Positions 28,386 through 38,803 of a DNA stretch of 64,000 nucleotides are shown in pieces. Both the position numbers and the translations under genes were made by a program. Position 1 is the stretch's first letter. Each line of letters opens with the position of its first letter. The DNA comes from a virus. The notes below the pieces were generated by a model, which searched no databases, was not told the origin of the DNA, and saw nothing but the letters and a program-made list of their open reading frames with translations. The stretch is taken from positions 45,332-109,331 of the IMG/VR virus record IMGVR_UViG_3300010158_000036; one strand, 5' to 3'.

Positions 28386-29321
28386 TTAAATTTTTACCTT
28401 TGCAAACAAATTCCGAATATCTTCAGAACCATCAAATTTAAACCTTACATTCGATGTTGAAGCCCGAGCAAAATTCTGCTCAACTGCATCGCAATAGCAT
28501 GTATGATTTCCGTCAAGACCTTGAAAATTTTCAGCCCAAATCTCTTTAGAAACTTGATTCTGTAGATCTAGTTGATCCAAGCCTAGATTGTCGAAGCTAG
28601 CAATAATCCCATCAATCTTAAATAGTTCCTGTATATATTCATTTTTCCATTTATCAAGTTCGAGTTGCAACGCAGGATTGTAATAAGAAATACCATTGCC
28701 GAACTGTTTGTACCCGAGCAACAAAATCTTCGGTTTGATATTACGAGCTTTACTCCATTCGATAACGGCTTTGCAATCATTAAGATTATGCACACCAAGA
28801 ATCAAATGAAACACAACATTTTTATATTCAATATTAGTAGGCAACTGTTTCAGAGAGACAGGACCGCGATATGAAATGCCAAGTCCATAAATGAGTTTCT
28901 CATCTTGAAATTGTTGAATCATGACTGCATATTCCTTCATGTGCAGTATATTCATTGTCACATTAGATATAACACCGTATTCTTTCATAGTCTCCAGAAA
29001 GTCTTTAATATCGGGATGTGACAAAGGATTACCACCTCCGATTGCTAATTCAGTTCCGAGCTTTTGAGTCTTCCAGATTTTCTTTATAGGTTCTAGATTC
29101 GCGTGGCGGCCAGATATGTTAGATTGCTCATGACAGTAAACACACACTGAACTTAATGAGCAGTTGTTGGTAATTTTGATGTCTGCGCTTTCTGGATATT
29201 CTACCCACGGATTTTCCTCATCAGGCCATTCGCGAATTTTAGTCCCGTCACTATAAATTTCTACATTTACATTGCCATTCTTATAGGAATATAGTAGTTC
29301 TGTTGCTTCAATTTTGTTCAT
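28386..29321 (-). CDS. radical SAM protein
   Basis: YKNGN..DGTKIR, DIKITNNC....CVYCHE, AIGGGNP, SFDNL. Confidence 0.88.
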   Translation of the reverse strand: MNKIEATELLYSYKNGNVNVEIYSDGTKIREWPDEENPWVEYPESADIKITNNCSLSSVCVYCHEQSNISGRHANLEPIKKIWKTQKLGTELAIGGGNPLSHPDIKDFLETMKEYGVISNVTMNILHMKEYAVMIQQFQDEKLIYGLGISYRGPVSLKQLPTNIEYKNVVFHLILGVHNLNDCKAVIEWSKARNIKPKILLLGYKQFGNGISYYNPALQLELDKWKNEYIQELFKIDGIIASFDNLGLDQLDLQNQVSKEIWAENFQGLDGNHTCYCDAVEQNFARASTSNVRFKFDGSEDIRNLFAKVKI

Positions 29322-29355
29322 AATAATAGTGTGTTTCAATTTGATCTAAAGTTTT

Positions 29356-29647
29356 TTATTTGTAACCATTTACATCGTGTGGATATGCAATCAACTCAGT
29401 TTTAAGTTTAGTTTCATTATCTTGAATCCATTGTTTGCCGTCAGGATCGGTTGTAAAACATACAAAATCTGGCCGATTCATAATTTTATCAATTATATGA
29501 TCAAGATTTTCTAAATCTCTTAAAATTGGATCTCTTTTAATGACGTCAAATCCTGATTCATTAGAAATCCAAAATAACAGGAGAGCTGGATATTCCTGTT
29601 TACGAATAAAATCTATGATGAATTCTTTCCGATCTTTTTTTAGACAT
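29356..29647 (-). pseudogene. hypothetical protein frameshifted at A7 after start codon
   Basis: ATG TCT A7 GAT; removing one A gives MSKKDRKEF...NGYK, filling the intergenic gap. Confidence 0.65.
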
Positions 29648-30365
29648 TTGTGTTTGTTTCAATTTCATAATGTAAAATATGGTTGCTTAGAATGATATAT
29701 TCCCCAGATTTATAATCATACTTTTCAATTACTGCTTGAATTGTTTCATTATCAATGGTCAGAATTTTCACACGACCGTCAGTATAAGCATCTGGTTCCA
29801 AATAGTTATATGTAGCAGCACTAGCATATTCATTAATAGTACTTTGTTTCAAATCTCGTAAAGCATATCGCAGAGTTTTATCTTCGAGTAATGTTAGAAA
29901 ATATGGAGCTTTCTCAAGTTGATGTTGTGTTAATCGAAAATTTGGAGGGTCATCATCATTATCATTTCCAAGGAAAATCCAAGAAGATTCTGAAATCATG
30001 AAATCCATCAAACCTTCATCAGTATCGAGTTGAGGATTTTCTTTAATCCAAGTAGAGTAATGTTCTGTTCCATTATCGACATACCAGAATTGATCTGTTC
30101 GAGGTTGTAGAAGCTCAAAGTTATATTTTCTGGAAAGCCGTACCATTCTATCAAATAAAGGATGATTCTGGTTATTATGAACTAAAGCCCAGAAGTAAGA
30201 TGCTTTGGTTACAAAATCGTTAAACCTGACAAATTCCCAACCAAAAAACTTTCCCTCAATTTCAAGACCATCTACAGAAGATTTTCTTGTATAAGAAGTG
30301 TCGATTGCTACGGAATGTGTTGACGAAGAATTTGTTTCCCACACGGATTTTCTAATTGTTTTCAT
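29640..30365 (-). CDS. ETNSSS-motif protein 2
   Basis: MKTIRKSVWETNSSSTHSVAI, FGWE, KASY, LGNDN. Confidence 0.8.
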   Translation of the reverse strand: MKTIRKSVWETNSSSTHSVAIDTSYTRKSSVDGLEIEGKFFGWEFVRFNDFVTKASYFWALVHNNQNHPLFDRMVRLSRKYNFELLQPRTDQFWYVDNGTEHYSTWIKENPQLDTDEGLMDFMISESSWIFLGNDNDDDPPNFRLTQHQLEKAPYFLTLLEDKTLRYALRDLKQSTINEYASAATYNYLEPDAYTDGRVKILTIDNETIQAVIEKYDYKSGEYIILSNHILHYEIETNTNV

Positions 30366-30560
30366 TGATCTTCAACGGGGTTTGCAGTAGCCCAAATAAT
30401 AAATAAAGCGACAGCTTCAAAAAAGCTATTATTAATAGCCATACTTAATGTCAAATCTCCGAGTAATGAACATAAAAAATTTCCGACAGTGAGTCCTATT
30501 AATAACGAAATTAAATGATTCAAGGTAATTTGCTTTTTCATAAATAGATTCTATTTTGTT

Positions 30561-31130
30561 TCAGCCATCTTCACACATATAAAATGTGGAAATCATATTA
30601 AAATGCTTTTCAATTTCCACGACTGCTTCTTTCATATGGGCAAAACGATGATTACCACCCGCATATATGAGTTTCATTTGAGAACTAATCATTGCAAAAA
30701 TGTAATCACCGGGTAGATTTGCGCCGGGTTTGATACCAGAATTAATCATAGTATCAAGAAGAACATCTTCGCGCATATCGACTAGATATTTGTCATTGAT
30801 TAGACATTTCCATGCACGGCCGCCTTGCTTACGAACTTCCAAACCAATAATCCGAACACATTTAATGAAGTCATTTTTACAATCAATCACTTCTATATTA
30901 GCAGGAGTTTCATATTGGCGAGTTTCATAATTATATGTTCTACCTCTGGCCCAATTTGTAGCAACTGCATGAGACTTGATATTCATTGCGTCAGTTACAA
31001 ATACGGATTGACACTTAGTTATAAGATTTTTAGGATCTTCATCATTCTGAATATCATCCCATTTGAATTTAAATTCAGATTCAGGACGTGCAAAGAGTTT
31101 GAGATTTTCTGGAATATGACCGATTTTCAT
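30561..31130 (-). CDS. hypothetical protein
   Basis: R.QGGRAWK...VDMREDVLLD phage-type motif. Confidence 0.7.
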   Translation of the reverse strand: MKIGHIPENLKLFARPESEFKFKWDDIQNDEDPKNLITKCQSVFVTDAMNIKSHAVATNWARGRTYNYETRQYETPANIEVIDCKNDFIKCVRIIGLEVRKQGGRAWKCLINDKYLVDMREDVLLDTMINSGIKPGANLPGDYIFAMISSQMKLIYAGGNHRFAHMKEAVVEIEKHFNMISTFYMCEDG

Positions 31131-31393
31131 AGATTTTGTAGAATAGTATTAATGGCTAGATCAAGAGGAGTTGCTGTACGAACAAAAATATTTTCAGTCC
31201 AAGAATGAGATGTATGAAAGGTTTCTTGATACATCAAAGCTGGTGCAGGTTTTGCCCTCATATCAATATAGTGATCTTCTTCACTCCAACCTCCCATGGA
31301 AAGTATGTGTTTGATCGTGATCATTTTGATCTCATAAGATGAGATTTCTACTTCGAGATTTTGAGTTGCGTTAATTTTCATGGCTAATGACAA
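31127..31393 (-). CDS. hypothetical protein
   Basis: ATGA overlap. Confidence 0.55.
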   Translation of the reverse strand: MSLAMKINATQNLEVEISSYEIKMITIKHILSMGGWSEEDHYIDMRAKPAPALMYQETFHTSHSWTENIFVRTATPLDLAINTILQNL

Positions 31394-31397
31394 AATT

Positions 31398-31592
31398 TCA
31401 TTTAGTGTTTGCTACAAGAACGGAAAGTAGATGATCGTAATTTAATGACGTACAATCCTTGATTACTGCATCAATTTCTTCTTGAGGAGTCCCTTGTTTT
31501 CGAGCTGCATTGATAAATGCTCCCATGAGAAAATACGCATTTCCATTAAGACCGACAAGCTTCAGTTTTACCTTTTTAGTTACATGTTGCAT
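31398..31592 (-). CDS. small conserved phage protein
   Basis: L.G.NGNA..LMG...AAR..G...YDHLL. Confidence 0.65.
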   Translation of the reverse strand: MQHVTKKVKLKLVGLNGNAYFLMGAFINAARKQGTPQEEIDAVIKDCTSLNYDHLLSVLVANTK

Positions 31593-31638
31593 TGAATTCA
31601 TATATACAATCTCTATTTTCTTGTAGTTGCAAAGAAGA

Positions 31639-32112
31639 TTATGCGGCAATTTCTTCCGGAATATCCATAATATTGCTAGCCTTAACCGTAAAGCAAGCGA
31701 GAGGATTTTCGGGATTAAGAATCTGGGATGCAGCAGATGGCGTCAGATATTCACAGAATTTCGTAATATCAACTTCGACGGAATTCACAAAATACTTAAT
31801 GATCGTCTTGTGGCTTGAAGGATACAGCCGGATGTAAGTTTCAGATTTATGAGTGATCAGATACGGGAATTGTTCCCATTGTCCCCATGGGAGTTCTTGA
31901 ACTTCTCCACGAGTACCGTCTTTAATTCCCTCTTGAACTGAAGCAAGATTTGAATAATCAATTCCTGCACGAACTACTCCGATAGAAACTTTTTCAAGGA
32001 TAGTTCCTTTAAACAGGGCTTTTGGTGTAGGATTAGACTTCCAGGAAGCCTTAACAAATTGACCTTTGGACTTTAGGATCTTGCTTAGAATTTCTTGAGC
32101 AGTAATTTTCAT
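31639..32112 (-). CDS. hypothetical early protein
   Basis: first ORF after promoter; LPWGQW...Y.R. Confidence 0.75.
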   Translation of the reverse strand: MKITAQEILSKILKSKGQFVKASWKSNPTPKALFKGTILEKVSIGVVRAGIDYSNLASVQEGIKDGTRGEVQELPWGQWEQFPYLITHKSETYIRLYPSSHKTIIKYFVNSVEVDITKFCEYLTPSAASQILNPENPLACFTVKASNIMDIPEEIAA

Positions 32113-32123
32113 GGTGTGATTGA

Positions 32124-32178
32124 GGTTTCCTTACAGGCTCAATATACACCAAAATCGGTCCCATGTAAACAAAAAAGT
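32124..32178 (-). promoter_or_regulatory. early promoter (repeat family)
   Basis: GTTTACA-N17-TATATT-GAGCCTGTAAGGAAACC. Confidence 0.88.
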
Positions 32179-32298
32179 GGGTAAAGGCCGAAAATAAGTT
32201 GGATTTGTTGCAAATCAATGGGTTATAAAAAATGGACTAAACCCTTTCAGATTTAACCCATTTTTTCAGTGCTCTTGCTTTTTAGCCTGTATATTATG

Positions 32299-33258
32299 TT
32301 ATGCTATTTGTTTCTTAATTTTGCCTAGTGTATCAATAACATCATCGAGTTTATCATAAACACGTTCAAAGATTTTCTTATCTTCTAGTGTTCCTCCCAT
32401 TTCATCAATGATTCTCTTTACAAAAATTGTTCTTGTAGAAAGAAGTTTTTGTGTAGCATTGAGATCCTTAATTATAGAATCTAAAGTAGTCTTCTCTGTC
32501 GTAGAGACTAATGATTCCTCGTTTAGGAATTGACGAAATATTCCTTTGATCTCTTTAATAACCTCGGATTTCTTAGGGGATGTAGGCTCCCCTTCAATAT
32601 AATCCATGAAGTCTCCTTCATACCAATCAGCAAATGTTTGGGACATAAGACCTCGTAGAATAGTTTCAGCAACCTCATCGGAAACCGATTCTGTAAGAGC
32701 TGTATCTTCCTTAAGCTTCATTAGTTTAGATAAAACAAGCTCGCTAGAACCTACTTTATATTGACCAAATTTTATCTTAGTTAAAGGAGTATCTTTGCTT
32801 TTAAAAGTGACGGAATCTGTTCCAATCTCTTTTACAACACCGAAATTGGTTTTATCACCAACCTTTAATGTATTAACTTGAGCAGCAATAGTTTTTGCAT
32901 CAACCGCTTCTCCCATTTCTTCTTCAGTATCATCTTCTTCTTTGAGTTCACCCAAAGCCAAATCAGCTAAATCCTTGATGGTTCTCTTGCCATTAATAGC
33001 ATTACCTTTAACTTTAAGATTTGTTTCACTTGAGTACATATCATTACCATCGAAATATACTGGATTAGATTTAACTTTCTTACCAAGAAGAAATTCAACT
33101 TCTTTTCTAATTAAAGCATTGATTGCAGGTAGTTTATTATATGGAGTAACATCGCCAAGGGATAATCCTTCATTGATTGTTACTTGTTTACCTTGTAGAA
33201 TTGCCGCAGCGGCTTCATACATATAGTCCTTGTTGGTGAAATTAATTGGATCGTGCAT
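32299..33258 (-). CDS. late protein, candidate internal head protein
   Basis: TATAAATA at 33264; MYEAAAAIL motif; several (L/I)xE sites. Confidence 0.65.
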   Translation of the reverse strand: MHDPINFTNKDYMYEAAAAILQGKQVTINEGLSLGDVTPYNKLPAINALIRKEVEFLLGKKVKSNPVYFDGNDMYSSETNLKVKGNAINGKRTIKDLADLALGELKEEDDTEEEMGEAVDAKTIAAQVNTLKVGDKTNFGVVKEIGTDSVTFKSKDTPLTKIKFGQYKVGSSELVLSKLMKLKEDTALTESVSDEVAETILRGLMSQTFADWYEGDFMDYIEGEPTSPKKSEVIKEIKGIFRQFLNEESLVSTTEKTTLDSIIKDLNATQKLLSTRTIFVKRIIDEMGGTLEDKKIFERVYDKLDDVIDTLGKIKKQIA

Positions 33259-33271
33259 ATTATTATTTATA

Positions 33272-33529
33272 TTATTGGTTGTTTTTTAGATTTTTCTCAA
33301 AGAGATTTGCGATTTTACAAATAGACTTTTTGACAATTGCCCAATCTTCATCTTCCTTATCAGTTTCATCGACATATTGTTCTAGAGATTTCCAGAAGTC
33401 TAATAGTTGTTCACTATCAAGAGAATCAATTGTTTTGATCAATTTCTTTACTGTATTGTTTTCAGTTTCATAAGCTTCCTTTGCGGCTTCACTTAGAAAA
33501 TGTCGCGTGATATTAATAGTGTCTTTCAT
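33272..33529 (-). CDS. late hypothetical protein
   Basis: N-terminal ITRHFLSE motif. Confidence 0.6.
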   Translation of the reverse strand: MKDTINITRHFLSEAAKEAYETENNTVKKLIKTIDSLDSEQLLDFWKSLEQYVDETDKEDEDWAIVKKSICKIANLFEKNLKNNQ

Positions 33530-33536
33530 ATTATTT

Positions 33537-34520
33537 TTAGTCTTTGTCCATAATTTCAGATTTTACATTATCCCAAATATCTAATGCTTTGTCTATATGA
33601 TCATGTATTTCAGCAAAATCATCTGTATACCCTTTACCAAACTCCTTTATAATACTCTTTGCCAGATTACTGGTAGGAGCAAAAGTATTATATGCATTAT
33701 TAATAGCTTCATCTGCATTTTTGAATCCTAAAGATGGAATATACTTTTCTGCAATGGCTAGATTAATACTCCTCTTGATATTTTTATCAAGTTCTTCTCT
33801 AATATTAATAGATTCTCCCAAAATCATTTCAATAGCCTTAATTTTCTTAGAAGCCCCGACTCCTATTGGTTTTATAATAACAATATCACATCCTTTTTCT
33901 CCTGGGAGATAATCTTGAACTTCAGGAGTAATTTCAATATCTTTAAGTTTCTTTATGATAGATTGAACTTCTTTATCTGATTGATTTACAGAATAACTCT
34001 TAGTGATTACAGTTTCTTCAAGAGATTCGTTCTTCTTTCTGAGTTTAGCTAAAACTGCTCCAGCAACTCGTTCTCCAGCTTCTTTTGAACCATATTCTTT
34101 AGCAGCTTTATCAGCAATTTTTTTAAATGTTTTACCGGGCTTTCCAATATCTTTACCAGCGTGAGCTTTCTTAGCACTATAATCTAGTTTTTCATCAATA
34201 CCTTCACATGCATCCCACAAAGCTTCCTTTGCTTTCTCTTCTTGTTTATCACTCAATTCTACTTCGTCTCCATTCTCATCTTTTGCTGATAGGATTTCAA
34301 TCTCCGCTTCATCATCTGGCTCCATTTGTTGACCATGTGCATCTTTACTACCTTTTATGGATGGGGTATATTCGCCAATCACAGAGATTTCTTTATCACC
34401 TTCATCATAGATTGTAGCTTTGATTGTTTTCTTAGTAGCTTCAGTAACCGCACCTTTCAGAATTGCTTCTGCGGCTTCATACATTTCATCTTTATAGGAA
34501 TGGTAAAAATTGTTTTTCAT
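33537..34520 (-). CDS. late protein, candidate internal head protein
   Basis: TATAAATA at 34526; MYEAAEAIL; GKDIGKPGK.F.KIA..AAK.YGS.EAG.RVAGA module. Confidence 0.7.
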   Translation of the reverse strand: MKNNFYHSYKDEMYEAAEAILKGAVTEATKKTIKATIYDEGDKEISVIGEYTPSIKGSKDAHGQQMEPDDEAEIEILSAKDENGDEVELSDKQEEKAKEALWDACEGIDEKLDYSAKKAHAGKDIGKPGKTFKKIADKAAKEYGSKEAGERVAGAVLAKLRKKNESLEETVITKSYSVNQSDKEVQSIIKKLKDIEITPEVQDYLPGEKGCDIVIIKPIGVGASKKIKAIEMILGESINIREELDKNIKRSINLAIAEKYIPSLGFKNADEAINNAYNTFAPTSNLAKSIIKEFGKGYTDDFAEIHDHIDKALDIWDNVKSEIMDKD

Positions 34521-34577
34521 ATATGTATTTATATTTATATGCAAAAAATCATCACATTTTGTTCTCATAATATTTGT

Positions 34578-35795
34578 TTAATCACGAAACGGATCTTCAA
34601 TATCATCTCCCGCCATAGCAACGCCAATCGGAGTTAAGGTATGAAGAATCTTAATAGTTTCTCCTTGAGCAGACAACACTTCATTCAATCGCTTATAGCA
34701 ATGCGGAGATTCATCAGTACCAGCACCACGAAGACAAACTCCTGCATTTTTAACCCAATCAGTCATCATAGTCTGAGATACAACTCCTTCAGACACCCGA
34801 GTCTTCTTACCCTTGATCCATTTGGAGCGACCCGCAGCCTGCGACCTAGAGAGTACGCGACCAGCTCCGTGAACTGTTGAGTACATTGCAATTTTTGATA
34901 GATCAGAATCAACACCTTCAAGAATAACAGAATCTTCTCCCATGGTACCACCAACAAATCCTTTTTGACCAGGAAATGCGGGAGTTGCTCCTTTACGATG
35001 AACCCATAAATCTTCCCCATCATGATTTTCTAACCATGCAAAGTTATGATGATTATGAACTTCTTCAAAAATTTCAACACCAAGGATTCGAGCAACTTCA
35101 GCACACACCCAGTCTCGTCCAGTGTAGGCATATTCTCCAGCTAATTTCAAGGCTGCAATATATTCACGCCCTAGATCAGAATTAACATCAAGCAAAGCAG
35201 GAGCTACATTGATGCCATCAGTGCCGCCACCAGCTTTGATATAATGAGATGCAATCTTATGTCCAAGTCCTCGTGAACCAAAGTGAACACCTACCCAGAT
35301 ACGGAGAAATTCATCATGAAAAATATCAACGTAGTGATTCCCCGACCCAACAGTACCTAACTGATTACGAGCCATATCTTTGAGATCATTGAGTAAAGGA
35401 ATATCATTCCATACAGGAGAATCAAATATAGCATGTTCATCGGGTTTCTTTTGTCTGACAATATGTTTAGAATTTGAAACACGTCCAATACCAAATGAGA
35501 TATTACGAACAATTGTATCCATGATTTTTTCAATATCCTTATGAACATCAAGGAGAGTTGCATTAGTCAGAACAGCTAAGTTTCCGCATGCACAATCAAA
35601 TCCGACTGCTGATGGAGAAATCTTATCTTTGTAAGCAATAATTCCGCCAATTGGGATGGAATAACCTAAGTGGTGATCTCCTGCCAATACAGCTTTATAT
35701 CCGCCGAAATCCATTGCAAAATCCATCTGGTCAATTGCATTTTGTAATGGTTCCCCAAAGACGGGAATATTTTTATTTTTACCTAGGAGTTGCAT
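34578..35795 (-). CDS. rtcB: RtcB-family RNA ligase
   Basis: DHH.GY..PIGG, GFDCACG, GSGNHY, HHN, HRKGAT, HGAGR, DESP..YK. Confidence 0.96.
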   Translation of the reverse strand: MQLLGKNKNIPVFGEPLQNAIDQMDFAMDFGGYKAVLAGDHHLGYSIPIGGIIAYKDKISPSAVGFDCACGNLAVLTNATLLDVHKDIEKIMDTIVRNISFGIGRVSNSKHIVRQKKPDEHAIFDSPVWNDIPLLNDLKDMARNQLGTVGSGNHYVDIFHDEFLRIWVGVHFGSRGLGHKIASHYIKAGGGTDGINVAPALLDVNSDLGREYIAALKLAGEYAYTGRDWVCAEVARILGVEIFEEVHNHHNFAWLENHDGEDLWVHRKGATPAFPGQKGFVGGTMGEDSVILEGVDSDLSKIAMYSTVHGAGRVLSRSQAAGRSKWIKGKKTRVSEGVVSQTMMTDWVKNAGVCLRGAGTDESPHCYKRLNEVLSAQGETIKILHTLTPIGVAMAGDDIEDPFRD

Positions 35796-35801
35796 ATGAG
35801 A

Positions 35802-36178
35802 TTATAGATGTTCTCCAAATAGTTTAGTTTCTCCGTCACACATCTCAAATCCGTGTGCATAATAGCCATTATGACAATTCCACAATGTTAGAAATAATTC
35901 TTCATTATTTACATCAATAAGGCGGAACACAGCAGATCCACCACACTCGTAAATATGATGATTATCAAGAGTATTATAAAATGTAGTGTCAAATTTATAT
36001 AGACTAAAATCCAAATGTGGATCAGTTATTAGTTCTTTTACATCAATATCATCCGTAGGACAGTCCTTAGTTATAACCCAACCATAACATTCACAACAGC
36101 AGGGCTATAATCAAATCCTACAAAGACATTATAATCATCCACAAAGTTTACTTTACCGTTTCTTTCAAATGTTTTCAT
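35802..36178 (-). pseudogene. CCCE...NGYY-type phage protein, frameshifted
   Basis: MKTFERNGK start; 1-nt shift near 36101 restores CCCECYGW and joins ORF 35802..36014 (NCHNGYY). Confidence 0.65.
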
Positions 36179-36182
36179 ATTA

Positions 36183-36806
36183 TTAGTTATCAGAAATGTT
36201 ACAATATTCTTGACCATTATCAGAAGGTGGCAATTCCATCCACAGATCAAGAACCCAAATTTTATTATCATTAGGAGGAATCTCTGCCTCTTGCCATGAG
36301 CCATCTTTAAATGCAACTACAGCAGGTATAAAAGTTTTTCCTGATAATGCCAAAGAACCCTTACATTTTGCAAGAATATATGTACCATCTTTTGGTGCAG
36401 TCTCAATCGGTTTCCAATTTGTGTTCATATCGTTATTTCGTTTGTTGTGATTATTGCGAAACCATGCAGGGCTTGGATATCGTGGAAAGTCTTTTGCAGG
36501 TTGAGATTGTCGAATGATAGTCATGCATTTATCAAGGACTGTTTGTTGGAAACTTCTTTCCGGAAATCCAAACCATTTATCTCTGGCTGGATCAAGATCA
36601 TATATAAATTCCATCAGAGTTCCTCCTCTGAGTTCAAAATATTCAATGATCTCAATGAGGCCATGAATTACATACTGAATCGGAACATGTTCAACTCGAA
36701 GGGCTTTACCATATCCATAAATTCGTTGCATGATTCTGATATTCGGCTTGTTTCGCTTACATTGCCGAATCAACATTAGTTGCCGATCTTCAATTTCTGT
36801 TTTCAT
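36183..36806 (-). CDS. hypothetical protein fused to DUF551-like domain
   Basis: C-terminal WKPIETAPKDGT..IL...WMELPP (own ATG at 36428). Confidence 0.65.
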   Translation of the reverse strand: MKTEIEDRQLMLIRQCKRNKPNIRIMQRIYGYGKALRVEHVPIQYVIHGLIEIIEYFELRGGTLMEFIYDLDPARDKWFGFPERSFQQTVLDKCMTIIRQSQPAKDFPRYPSPAWFRNNHNKRNNDMNTNWKPIETAPKDGTYILAKCKGSLALSGKTFIPAVVAFKDGSWQEAEIPPNDNKIWVLDLWMELPPSDNGQEYCNISDN

Positions 36807-36807
36807 A

Positions 36808-37071
36808 TTAGTCTCCAATTGTGTTAAGAGCATTTTCCGCAGTATCAAACTGACCATAGCAATTTTTACAGTCTTGAAACAGTGCCAATGCACTATGAAG
36901 AATTTCTCGGTCTTTCCTCAATTCTTCAATCGCAGCATGAAAAGCATAAAATCCTTGAACTAACAATTCAACGCGTTCTGGAAGTGTGTCTTTGGCAATC
37001 AAATATCCTTCAGGAATAAATGCAGTAGCTCGATCAATCTGGTCTTGTAAAAATTTAATTTTTGTTTTCAT
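36808..37071 (-). CDS. hypothetical protein
   Basis: co-oriented ORF. Confidence 0.55.
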   Translation of the reverse strand: MKTKIKFLQDQIDRATAFIPEGYLIAKDTLPERVELLVQGFYAFHAAIEELRKDREILHSALALFQDCKNCYGQFDTAENALNTIGD

Positions 37072-37087
37072 AATTTAGTAATGATTT

Positions 37088-37294
37088 TTAAGTAGGATCA
37101 ACAAACGTAATCATACCAGTAGGGCAAAGCATCTCCTCTTCGGTTACATAATAAATGCAACCATAATCATGCATAAGATAGATTCTCTTCTTTAAAGAAT
37201 TTGCTTTAAAGATTGCTGATTCAAGACATTCTATTGCAAACGTTTCATCGAATTCCCAATCATATGATGTAATTTTTTCAATTTGTACTTTCAT
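37088..37294 (-). CDS. hypothetical protein
   Basis: co-oriented ORF. Confidence 0.55.
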   Translation of the reverse strand: MKVQIEKITSYDWEFDETFAIECLESAIFKANSLKKRIYLMHDYGCIYYVTEEEMLCPTGMITFVDPT

Positions 37295-37499
37295 GTTAAT
37301 GCGGGCCTTAATATCTTCTAAACTCTTACTATGTTTATCATATAATTTCTGGAATGTCGAAAGATCCCCTTACTCATTTCTTTCAATAATTTACGAATGT
37401 CTTTGTCTTTTAAAGATTTGATGTCTTCTTTCATAAAGTTATCCTGGTTGAGAACCAATAGCAATAATCATCTTGTAAACTTTATCAGAACCTTTTCAT

Positions 37500-37754
37500 T
37501 CAAATATGATCCGGAACTAGAAAAAATGCATACTTAGAAACAAGATTACTTTCGTAAATTTTCCGTTTTAGAAGAAATTCTTCTCCAGAAGGTATATTAT
37601 CACAAGCAAATTTAAAAATTGCATTTGCTGGAACATCCTTACATTTGAATGGAATTAGTAGAATCCCATCACGAACAATATTACCCGGCATTACTACAAC
37701 AGGTGGGCTGAAATTATAAACACGAACTCCAGTGTTGAAATAAAAAGTTTTCAT
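37500..37754 (-). CDS. hypothetical protein
   Basis: co-oriented ORF. Confidence 0.6.
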   Translation of the reverse strand: MKTFYFNTGVRVYNFSPPVVVMPGNIVRDGILLIPFKCKDVPANAIFKFACDNIPSGEEFLLKRKIYESNLVSKYAFFLVPDHI

Positions 37755-37931
37755 ATATTTTAGTAGTTCTTGAGATGAATAAACTTTTATTTGTTTTCTT
37801 CCATGATTTCAATTAAAGTCTTGGCACAATATTCATACCATTCTTTTTCAGAAATAAACTTCTTTCTAAATCTTTTCAGCATCAAATAATATTCTTCTTG
37901 GCGGAGAGTTTCGGGGGAATCATTAATAATA

Positions 37932-38153
37932 TTAGCGATTAACGATTGTTGCAAACTTGCGGGTATCGACTTTGAAAAATGATACATTACGGTCAGAATT
38001 CCAGCCAGACCAGACGAACAGTTTGCCGTCATATCGAAGAACTTTATTGGTCAACTTTTTCACATCATCCAATCCATTGGGACAATCAACATGAAGAGCA
38101 ATTCCGTCGTAGAATAGGATCGCAATTTGATCCGTGGCGATTTTGGCAGTCAT
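37932..38153 (-). CDS. hypothetical early protein
   Basis: first ORF after promoter; GWNSDRN. Confidence 0.7.
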   Translation of the reverse strand: MTAKIATDQIAILFYDGIALHVDCPNGLDDVKKLTNKVLRYDGKLFVWSGWNSDRNVSFFKVDTRKFATIVNR

Positions 38154-38170
38154 GGTGTGTTGTGGTTGGT

Positions 38171-38223
38171 GTTCCTTACGGGATCAATATACCACAAAAA
38201 CCGGGATCTGTAAACAAAAAAGT
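38171..38223 (-). promoter_or_regulatory. early promoter (repeat family)
   Basis: GTTTACA-N17-TATATT-GATCCCGTAAGGAAC. Confidence 0.88.
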
Positions 38224-38337
38224 GCATAAAAATGTGAAAATAAATTAAGTCATTGATTTGCAACAAGTTACGGTTTCAATTTTAAACACAAAAAAGCGGA
38301 AATCCGTGAAGAAATCCGCTAATTTAAGTAAATTAAC

Positions 38338-38790
38338 CTAAAGTTTTTTCTTTGTCTTTATTGGTTTCATCACACAGCGATGAATCTCTTGAGTCAAGTC
38401 AGTATTCATTTTAAGCTGTTCACGTAATTCACCCTGTTGTTTCAGAATATTCTCGGCATCCTTAAATGTTTGCAATGCTCTTCTATCAGAAGCTTTAGCC
38501 GAAACTTTTTGCCCAACCATAATTACTGATAGAAGTACCAGTTGTAAAAAAGTTTGTGCTATCCATGAGATTATTGTTGATATCCCACCTTCTAATGCTG
38601 TAGGAAAACTTATTAAAGCAAGTCCTGCAAATAGATAAGCACACCACATAGTAGATACAGCATTAGTAATAGTAACTGCTAGTTTGCCATTAAAGCCGTA
38701 AAGATCAGACCAAGTTAAAGGGATTATTGCTTTTGGAATCTTTGGTTTTTTCGCCTTAGCTTTAGAAGGATGAAAGAATGGTGTTGCCAT
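38338..38790 (-). CDS. DUF1003-like membrane protein
   Basis: LAV.IT..V.TMWCAY.F, WIAQTFLQLVLL.VIMVGQ. Confidence 0.7.
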   Translation of the reverse strand: MATPFFHPSKAKAKKPKIPKAIIPLTWSDLYGFNGKLAVTITNAVSTMWCAYLFAGLALISFPTALEGGISTIISWIAQTFLQLVLLSVIMVGQKVSAKASDRRALQTFKDAENILKQQGELREQLKMNTDLTQEIHRCVMKPIKTKKKL

Positions 38791-38803
38791 AGTTATATTT
38801 ATC

